From Chiloscyllium plagiosum (lineage: Eukaryota), in the NCBI RefSeq assembly GCF_004010195.1, contig NC_057719.1, positions 92,094,392 to 92,150,311 on the forward strand: 55,920 bases of DNA, read 5' to 3'. Below the pieces are notes generated by a model, which saw nothing but the letters and a program-made list of their open reading frames with translations, had not been told where the DNA came from and searched no databases. Both the position numbers and the translations under genes were made by a program. Shown one piece after another: positions 46,651 through 55,920 of this stretch (position 1 is the stretch's first letter; every line of letters starts with the position of its first letter).

Positions 46651-47966
46651 GAGACTCAAGAAGTTGGGTTTGCTGTCCGAAGAGGGAAGTTATGGAAGGA
46701 GAGATTTGACAGAGGTTTTCACACAATGCTGTAGGCTGCTGAGACAGCAAACCGTGAGCAATCATGCTAACCCCGAGCTAGTGGCTGGGCCATTGAGAAA
46801 CGGAGCACAGGAGCTGGACAAGCTCGTTCAACTCCTGCAGTGGCTTCACCTTCTGAAAAAGGAAGCTTGTGCCTGAGCTTCCAGATCCGACTGGCTGCTC
46901 ATGTTTCTCAATCCCGCTCGAAGCCAGTCCCTCCCCGACAGACTCGGAGCTCTTTCTGGTCAGGAATCCTCAGGGGGAAAGGATTCCTCTTCGACCCAGT
47001 CTGAAATTACTGATTGATTGTTTCTTCTGTGGAATTGTCCTCATGTTCTTGAATCCCCAGGACTGGGTGGGCACCTCGGTCAGAGCTGTGTGCTTGGTCA
47101 TCTCTGCTGCCCTGACACACTGATGGTGCAGAGAAGCCCCCCAGGGTGGTTAAAACATCCGGCGGCCATTTTGGATCACACTAGAATCATGCCCAATGTC
47201 GTTTGGGCCAGAGAGAGGCCTTGGAAGATTGAGGTCCCCCACTCCTCACTACCAGACACCTCTGACCAATCTAACCAACCCCCACCCACCCAATACCTGA
47301 CTGGCCCCTCCTGAGCCTCACTCCCCTTCCCAATACTCACACCCTCTGTTCCCCCCCTTTTCCCCACACACCTGACTTCACCCCCACTCCACCCCCAATC
47401 CCTCCCCGATATGACCCCTCGCTTAATCGGCATTTCCCACCTGCCTGACATCTGGTACCGTCTCACCCACCTACCCCCTCACGCACCTGTTTCCCCATCC
47501 CTCACCCACCTGGAGAATGCAAAGAGGCTGTGGGAGGTTTCACCAGTTTTGATCTTAACAATGTCTCTTATACAACTGCAGTAAGAATGTTGCACTCTTG
47601 TCGTCCAATCCAGAAACTTACGCACCACTCACTTTCCAAATCACTTGATGTACTTGAATTCCTCTGGTTTGTGTAAAATGCCGACCCACCCTCCTCTTAA
47701 TGCCAGCTTTTCCCAGTCTCTTGTTGTTCAAAAGTAACCCTTTTCCTCTCTAAGTTCCCTCCGAAGTGGATAACTTCATGTTTCCTGCGTTTTACTCCAC
47801 TTACTTTCTCACCCACTCATAGTGGGCATAGTTGACTGGCCTAGTGTTGATTGCAGAAACATAGTATTAGTCATAGGCTTTCGTTTGTACTTGTGTGAGA
47901 TGTGGACTTTGCACGTATTTATTGCATGTCCCGAGACAGCCCTTGAGAAGCTGATGGTGACCTACC

Positions 47967-48660
47967 TTTTTTTTAAATAAAAAACCAGTACAAAATAGTG
48001 TAACTACTTTATAATATAATAACAATAATAGGAAACAAACTACCACCCTACTCCACAAAATACCAAAATATGAAAAAAAAAGCAAAAAACCTCTGCAAAA
48101 ACTACAATCCAATAAGTAACCAAGGAAAAAGAACAAAAATAAATAAACAAACAAAATAAAATTTAACCAAGTTATAGCAAGGTGACTTAAATTATATTCA
48201 ATTGAATTACCACACTCAGTGCTATCTCACCAAAGCTCCCCACCATTGGGAACATTAGTAAGTTAACCCGTATTTGTTCAGGATTCCTCCCCCCCCCAGG
48301 GGCCCGTGGACCACCAGACACAACCCTCACGGCTACACCAAGGCCCTGACCAGTACAGCCAACAAGTCTGCATCGATATAATTCAAAAAGGGCCATCATG
48401 TTCCGTTTTTTGGCTCACCATACACCGTAAGGAAGACGGGGGTGGGGTCGGATGTGTTTCATAACTAACCTACGCCAGCTTGAAACTCCTGGGGGATTCT
48501 CCGATACCCAGTTCATTTGAATGTTCTGTGACCGGCCTTTCTTAAACAGCTCCAGTCTGTGTGCCATATGTAGACCCCCCCCAATGCCCTGAAGGAGGGA
48601 ATTCCTTAACCTTGTCTCAACGTTCTTGCCGTTTCTTTGTGTTCTGTTCCACTTTCCCAC
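47967..48660 (-). mobile_element. Degenerate L1-clade LINE 3' fragment
   Basis: NIQMNWVSENPPGVSSWRRLVMKHI resembles a fish-type L1 ORF2 C-terminus; T-rich 3' UTR and A tail; related to 55487-55920. Confidence 0.7.
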
Positions 48661-49034
48661 CTCACTTTACAACTTTAACTCTGACGCATTTCACTTGACC
48701 TCCTCATTTAAGTCGTCGATAGGGATTGTAAGAAGCTGAAGTCTCTCAGTAACGCACCGGCTGGTATCTGTCACCCATTTATTCTGACTGCCCTGTCCAA
48801 ACATGGAGTCTTTGTGACTATATTACCCTTTATTCCGATCACTCATGTACTTCTTCAAAAGTGTTCGGAAATCCCGTTAAAATTGATTTCCTCCTGTTAG
48901 TCCTGAATGTTACAACCTCAAAAATGAAATCCCTTGACAGATTTGTCAAATCAACATTTCTTGCCATAAATAACAGCAAAGTACAACAGATGATGGAGAT
49001 GTGAAATAGAATCAGAAAATGCTACAGAAACTCA

Positions 49035-49313
49035 TTGAATCCCTACAGTGTGGGAAACAGGCCATTCAACCCCACTGATCCTCTGAAGAGCATCCCACCC
49101 AGACCCAATCCCCTACCCTATCCCTGTATTTCTCATGGCTAACGCACCTCGCCTACACATCCCTGGACACTATGGGCAAACTAGCATGGCCAATCCACCT
49201 GACCTGCACATCTTTGGATTGTGGGAGGAAACCACACAGTCAGTCGCCTGAGGCGGGAATTGAACCCGGGTCTCTGGCGCTGCGAGGCAGCAGTGCTAAC
49301 CACTGAGCCACCG
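49035..49313 (-). mobile_element. HE1-type SINE inserted in an old PLE-like terminus (about 48980-49390)
   Basis: Host reads gaaactca|...|ctcagcaggtctggcagca across the SINE. Confidence 0.88.
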
Positions 49314-49601
49314 TTGCGACTCAGCAGGTCTGGCAGCAACTGTGGAGAGAGAAACATTTCGAGTCCAGTCCTAATTCTTCTTCAGAATTTCTTTTGATAA
49401 TCCACGTTGACTCTGCCTAATTGTATTAGGATTTTCTAAGTCCTCTGCTGTGATGCCCCTAATAACAGAATTACATTTAAAGAATCAAATAACCGATTAG
49501 TGTTTGGAGGGGAGGGAGGTGGAGAAACTGTCTTGGGGCTTTGTGTCTGTGTCGCTGGTCTGTAATAAGCTGCAATCTCTCATCGTCTTGTCTTCTTGCA
49601 G

Positions 49602-49669
49602 CATTCTGAACCGCAGCCCCCCGAAACTCATCCAGGAAATCATTCTCGTTGATGACTTCAGCAATGACC
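49602..49669 (+). CDS. GALNT16: Internal coding exon (probably exon 4) of GALNT16; not in the ORF track
   Basis: Acceptor tcttgtcttcttgcag|C, donor GACC|gtgagt; 68 nt, phase 2-1. (S)ILNRSPPKLIQEIILVDDFSND(P) contains the GalNAc-T EIILVDD.S motif. Confidence 0.95.
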
Positions 49670-50057
49670 GTGAGTAACTGTTTCCTCTTCAGAACTGAGC
49701 TGCTTAAGAAAAGGAACTGGCAAGAAGGAACTGCAGTGCATTCATCCAGAGCTGCGGCTGGTGCAGTTTACAGGATGGAGGATTGGGGGACTGGTGATAG
49801 CGTAGCGATCATGTTACTAGTAACCTAGAGGTAAATGTACTCAGGGTGGGAGATCAAATCCAGGGAAATTTAAATGCAATGAATAAGTCTGGCAATTGGA
49901 AACTGGTCCCAATAATGGTACCATAAAGCTATCAGCCATTATTGTTAAAAACCCATCTGGCTCACTAATGTCCTTTAAGGAAAGAAATCTGCCATCTATA
50001 CTTGGTCTGGCCCACATGTGACTCCAGACCCACAGCAATGATGTTGAGTCTTACTTA

Positions 50058-52110
50058 GAGTCAGAGATTCCTACAGCATGGAGACAGGCCCTTGGGTCCA
50101 AACTGGTCTATGCCGACCAAAATGTCCATCCACGCTAACCCCATTTTCCTGGACTTTGCCCATATCCTTCTAATCCTTTCCTATCCATATATTTTTCCCA
50201 ATGTTTGTTAAATGTTGTTAAAGTACCCACCTCAACCACTTCCACTGGCAACTCATACTATATGCGTACCACCCTCTATGTAGAAAGCTGCCCCTCAGAT
50301 TCCCTTTTATTCTTTCCCCTCTGACCTTAAACTGATGCCCTCTCGACCTTGATTCCCCAACCCTGGGGAATTATTGTTAAACTGAGTGCATTCACCCTAT
50401 CCATACCACTAATGATTTTATACACTTCTATAAGATTCCCCTCCTCAGTCTTCTAGTCTATAACAAAAATAGTCCTCGCTTGTCCAACCTCTCCCTATAA
50501 CTCAGACCCTTGACTGAGATAGATTGGTTCTTGAGTATCAAGGGGATCAAGAGTCACGAGCAGCAAGCAGGAGAATGGGGTTGAGAAACGTATCAGCCAT
50601 GACTGAATGGTGGAGCAGACTCAATGGGCTGAATGGCCTTATCTCTGCTCCTATATCTTATGGTCTAATGAAGTCCTGGCAACATCCTTGCAAATTTCTT
50701 CTGCACTCTTTCCAGTTTAAAAATATCCTTCTTATAGCAAGGTGACCTAAACTGAACACAATACTCCAAGTGTGGCCTAACCAACGTCCTGTACAACTGC
50801 AACATAACTTCCCAACTTCTATACTCAATGCCCTGACTGATGAAGGCCAGTGAGCCAAAAGCCTTCCTCACTGCCCTGTCTACCTGGGACTTCACTTTCA
50901 GAGAACCGTGCACCTGAACTCCAAGGTCCCTCTGTTCTACTACACTCCTTAAGGCCCTACCATTCACCATGAAACTCCTACCTTGATTTGACTTTCCAAA
51001 ATGCAAGACCTCACATTTATCTATATTAATTCCAGTTGCCCTGTCTCGACCCAGTTCCCCAGCTGCGCAAGGTCCTGCTGCAATTTCTGATAACGTTTCT
51101 CACTGTTCATGATACCGCCTATTTTAGTGTCATCAGCAAACTTACTCATCATGCCTTGTACATTCTCATCCAAATCATTGATATAGATAACAAACAGTAA
51201 TGGGCTCAACACCAACCCCTGAGACACTCCACTAGACACAGGCCTCCAGTCTGACAAACATCCTTCCACTATTACCCTCTGCTTCCTACCATCAAGCCAA
51301 TTGTGTATCCAATTTGCTAGCTCCCCCTGGATTCCATGCAATCTAACCTCCCAGAAAAGACTACCGTGTGGAACCTTATCAAAGGCCTTACTGAAATCCA
51401 TACAGACTACATCTACCGCCCTGTTCTTGTCAACCTTCCTGGTCACTTCATCAAAGAACTCTAAACATTTGTGAGANNNNNNNNNNNNNNNNNNNNNNNN
51501 NNNNNNNNNNNNNNNNNNNNNNNNNNNNNNNNNNNNNNNNNNNNNNNNNNNNNNNNNNNNNNNNNNNNNNNNNNNNNNNNNNNNNNNNNNNNNNNNNNNN
51601 NNNNNNNNNNNNNNNNNNNNNNNNNNNNNNNNNNNNNNNNNNNNNNNNNNNNNNNNNNNNNNNNNNNNNNNNNNNNNNNNNNNNNNNNNNNNNNNNNNNN
51701 NNNNGGCTATCCGTGCCCCCTTTTCACCTTCCGATTTCCTTCTTCAGTAAACTCCTGCATGCCTTACATACCTACAGGAATTCCCTTGATCCCAGCTGCC
51801 TGTACCTGAGCCAAGCCTCCTTTTTTCTGGTCAAAGCTTCAATATCTCTTGTCATCCAGGTTCCTTATTCCTGTTAACCTTGCCCTTCACCCTCACAGGA
51901 ACATATAGACCTTGAATCCAGCTATCTCACTGTTATAGACCTCCCACTTGCCAGAGGTCTCTTTGCCCGCAAACAGACTACTCCAATCAACTCCTGCAAG
52001 CTCCTGTCTAATTCCATCAAAATTCACCTTGCCCCAGTTTAGAACGTAAACCTGTGGAGTTTTGTTCCTCTCCATCACTATTTTAAAATTAACAGAACTC
52101 TGGTCACTGG
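50058..52110 (-). mobile_element. Longest CR1-clade LINE fragment, RT domain disabled by frameshift, spanning the gap; nested + strand CR1 3' end at about 50514-50672
   Basis: AVDVVCMDFSKAFDKVPH, SGVSQGLVLSPLLFVIYINDLD, SKFADDTKIGG, MHFGKSN, LVRPHLEYCVQF. Confidence 0.95.
51477..51704. other. Assembly gap, 228 N
   Basis: Run of n characters. Confidence 1.
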
Positions 52111-52340
52111 TCCCAAACTCCCCCCCAACCCCCCCCCCCCCCCCACTAAAAGATGGAAAAGGTTGTAAAAGCTGGACATTTAGAAAGAGAGATTAGGAAT
52201 AGGAGATGGTCATTCAGCCTGATGAGCCTGTTCAGCTATTCTAGATCATCTACCTCAATGCACTGATCATCAACCTCAATGCACTTTTCCCACATTATCT
52301 CCATATCCCTTTGTGTCATTAGTTGCCAGAACCGGCAATG

Positions 52341-52570
52341 ATAGCTCACTGGTTAGCATTGCTGTCTCGTTGCGCCAGGGACTGGGTTCAATTCCCACCT
52401 CAGATGAGTCTGTCTGGAATTCTCCCCATGTCTGCGTGGGTTTCCTCCGGGTGCTCCGGTTTCCTCCCACAGTCCAAAGATGTGCAGGCCAGGTGAATTG
52501 GCCATGCCTGTAGTGTTCAGGGGTGTGTAGGTTAGCTGTATTAGGGGAAATGCAGCACAATGGGGCTCTA
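52341..52570 (+). mobile_element. HE1-type SINE, partial
   Basis: gggttcaattccc box B; tctgcgtgggtttcctccgggtgctccggtttcc core. Confidence 0.85.
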
Positions 52571-54595
52571 TGATGGTTCTAACTCTATCATCAATTTCTA
52601 TCTTGAACCTGTTCAATGATTGAGTCTGCGTAGCCCTTCAGGATAGAGAATTTCCAAATTTTGACTTAAGCAATTCCTCCTGATCTTAGTCTTAAATGGC
52701 CTGTCCCTTATAATGAGATAAAGTTTTAAGACTCGTCATTAAAGGTATATCCACCCAGTCACGCCCTATAGGAATTTTGTAAGATTCTGCTCCTCATAGA
52801 CAATCCCAGGGATTAAACCGATGAACCCGTGCACAATCTTTCTATGGCAAGCATATCCTTCCTTCGATAAAGAGACTGTGCAAAATCTGCAATTGAGATC
52901 TCACCAGGGCTCAACACAACTGCGATAAAACACTTGTTATTCCAGTTCTCAAATCCCTTGCAATGAAGACCAATGTGGCATTTGCCTTCCTATGCACTTG
53001 CTGTACTTACATGCTAACTTCCAGTCACTCACAAACAAGGACGTTCTTTGGACCTCTGCACTTCCTGAACTCTCACCACTGTCTGCCTTTCATCCAACAT
53101 GAATAACTTCACATTACATAGAACATAGAACATAGAACATAGAAGAATACAGCGCAGTACAGGCCCTTCGGCCCTCGATGTTGCGCCGATCCAAGCCCAC
53201 CTAACCTACACTAGCCCACTATCCTCCACATGCCTATCCATTGTCCGCTTAAATGCCTATAATGAGGGAGAGTCCACCACTGCTACTGGCAGGACATTCC
53301 ATGAACTCACGACTCGCTGAGTAAAGAACCTACCCCTAACATCTGTCCTATACCTACACCCCCTGAATTTAAAGCTATGCCCCCTTGTAACCATGTGACT
53401 TATACCTTCAGTCTGCATCTCACAGGATGGCATTTCCAGGATCAGATACTTCAGTTGACTTTTCAGCATTAACACTCCATTTTTACTTTACGCAATGAAA
53501 GACCAACCTTCCTATTAAAAGCCAGTACGCCATATGCCTTCTTCACCGCACTATTTACCTGGGTGGCAACTTTCAAATTATATATCAAATTATATTCAAA
53601 TTATATTCCATCTGCCATGTCCTACCCAACTATTCACTTCCCCTGTTCAAGTCCTCTTGGAACGTCTTTCAATTGGTTTCCCACTCAGCCTGGTTTCATC
53701 AGCAAATTTGGAAATAGTACAGTCCGATCCTCACATGAAAATCATTGATGTTGAGTATAAATGTGCCCCTCCCCTCCCGCACTGACCCTTGTGGTATCTC
53801 ACTAATAACAGCCTGTTATCCTGAGAACAATCAGTTTATTTCTGTTTGCTAATCAATTCTTAATCCACATGCGTATAATTCCTCCAATTTAACGAGTTTG
53901 CATTTTATTTACTCACTTCACTTGCGAGACCTTTGCGGAAGCCTTCTGCAAAGTCAGATACACCACCTCTTCTATTTGACAAGAAAGAAATTTGTCGTAT
54001 GATTTCCCAAACACAAATCTATAAATCATGTATAATAAATTCTAATATGTTCCTATGACTGATGCCAAGCGAATATGTTTGTAGTTTTCCATTCTCCCTC
54101 CACCTCTTTTCTTAAGTAATGAGATTACATTTGCTATTTTCCAGTTGCCAGGAAGTTACCCGCAAACTTTAAAATTTTGAAAGATTACCACCAATGCATC
54201 CACTATCTATTTGGCCACCTCCTTCAGTTTTCTGAAGTGAAATCATCTGGCCCAGGGATTTATCAACCTTCTACTCAGTTAATGTTTCAAGTACAACCTA
54301 TTTCCTGAAGTTCCTTGGTTTTATAAGTCTCTTGGTTGCCCGGTATTTCGCAGAGATTTTGTGTGAAGACACAAAGAAACTATTTAGTTTCTCTGCCATT
54401 TCCATGTCCTCTGTTATAAATTTTCACGTCGCCCCTGTAATGGGCCAATATTTGTCCGAGTTGTATATTTCTTTCCTTTTCATAGAGTCATACAACGTGG
54501 AAACAGACTCTCTGGTCTAACTCGTCCATGTTGACCAAGTTTCCCGAACTAAACTAGTCCCATTTGCCTGCATTTAGCCCATATGGGCTAAATGT

Positions 54596-54900
54596 GGGCG
54601 GCATGGTGGCACAGTGGTTAGCACTGCTGCCTCACAGCGCCAGAGACCTGGGTTCAATTCCTGCCTCAGGCGACTCTCTGTGTGGAGTTTGCACGTTCTC
54701 CCCATGTCTGCGTGGGTTTCCTTCAGGGGCTCCGGTTTCCTCCCACAATCCAAAAATGTGTAGGTTAGGTGAATTGGCCATGCTAAATTGCCCATAGTGT
54801 TAGGTGAAGGGGTAAATGTAGGAGAATGGGTCTGGGTGGGTTATGCTTTGGCGGGTCGGTGTGGACTTGTTGGGCCGAAGGGCCTGTTTCCAAACTGTAA
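54596..54900 (+). mobile_element. HE1-type SINE inserted in a CR1 3' UTR
   Basis: Full head, core and tail. Confidence 0.93.
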
Positions 54901-55486
54901 ATAACCCAATATCCCTCTATACCCTTCCAATTCATGTGCCAACCCAAATGCCTTTTAAATGTTGTAACTGTACCAGCCTCTACCACTTCCTCGGGCAGTT
55001 CATTCCACATATGAAAAAGTTGCTCTTCAGGTTCCTTTTAAATCTCTCACCGTTAAATCTATGCCCTCCAGTTTAGAACTCCCCCACCCTAGGGAAAAGA
55101 CATTGGCCATTCATCTTATCCATGCCTGTCATCTCTCAGCTTCCTACACTCCAAGGGAAAAAGTCCCAACCTATCCAGCCTTCCCTTATAACTCAAACTT
55201 CACCAGTCCCAGTAATATCTTTGCAAATCATTTTTTGCACTGTTTCCAATTTAATAACATCGTTTGCCTAGAATAGTACACAACACACTAATACCTAATG
55301 AAGCTGTAACAGCCACATTTATGTTACTCAGTAGATAGCAAGCATACTCTCTTTTCTCTTTCCTGATTCGGTCTACTGGACTTCCTTTGAGGTTCTGTTG
55401 CTCCCATTTCTGTGGCTTACCATTATTTTTGGAATCCTTATAAAACACTGGCTCTGATTTAAAAACCACACAACACCAGGTTACAG

Positions 55487-55920
55487 GTTTTTTTTTATAT
55501 AGATATTTTTATTAGAAATTTAACATTTTTACAAGTTTACAAAAATAAACAAAACTCTCAGATATAAACATTGATATGCAATTAGCTCAAATATACAATA
55601 GCCAAAATTTAACAAAAAAAAACAAAAAAAAACCGAAAAAAAGAAAAAAAAACTCAACTATCTACTAATCTAACCTACAACTAACCAGAGTGTATATTTA
55701 AGTCTCTTACATGCTCGGAATGTGTTAGCATCAGATGTAATAAAACCCGTATTCATGCGGGATTCCTCTCCTAAGGGGCCCCGGACCAGCCAGGTTTGTA
55801 ATCTCAATTAAATAAAAGCCCTTGGTAGGATAGCCGAAATATCTGTATTTATGTAATTCAAAAAGGGCTGCCATATTTTATAAAATAATTCGGTCTTTCG
55901 GTACACCATATTTGTAAGGA
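55487..55920 (-). mobile_element. L1-clade LINE 3' end, continuing beyond the window
   Basis: Minus-strand 55918-55808 reads LTNMVYRKTELFYKIWQPFLNYINTDISAILPRAFI* (F.K.W.PF..Y motif), then 3' UTR and A tail. Confidence 0.8.

Larger units (their letters stand above)
52190..55260 (-). mobile_element. Old CR1-clade LINE remnant with younger CR1 3' ends (53118-53392, 54480-55260) and HE1 SINEs inserted
   Basis: (catagaa)n tail at about 53117-53143; RGRFFTQRVVSSWNVLP; decayed SKFAD; WNELPEEVVEAG. Confidence 0.82.

Noticed and set aside
50665..51446. Functional reverse transcriptase gene
   Set aside because: The RT is split across frames, interrupted by a nested insertion and truncated; a dead CR1 copy.
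1..55920. CRISPR array, operon or other prokaryotic or viral system
   Set aside because: No repeat-spacer arrays or long intact ORFs; the sequence is vertebrate intronic DNA.

Overview
Eukaryotic genomic DNA, almost certainly from a shark (dense HE1-type V-SINEs and HER1/CR1 LINEs; carpet-shark-like by inference). The window lies inside one + strand gene, a polypeptide N-acetylgalactosaminyltransferase best matching GALNT16. Three phase-compatible internal coding exons are present: 18162-18337, 33538-33636 and 49602-49669, separated by introns of 15,200 and 15,965 nt. The first exon and later exons are not seen. The rest is intronic and mostly repeats: about 20 HE1 SINEs, many CR1 fragments, Rex1/Babar, Tx1, L1 and Penelope-like (PLE) remnants, Deu-core SINEs and microsatellites. 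There is a 228-nt assembly gap. Nearly all other ORFs in the track come from repeats. Most notable: (1) short, TSD-flanked PLE-terminus insertions carrying minimal hammerhead-ribozyme motifs, one with an intact core in the sense strand of the intron and two folded back as hairpins; (2) three locally templated insertions within about 4.6 kb; (3) recurring RFX X-box motifs in the non-repetitive islands. PLE-linked hammerheads are a known class, so novelty here would concern this short mobile form and its activity, neither of which I can establish without searches. Repeat boundaries are approximate unless junction sequences are quoted.
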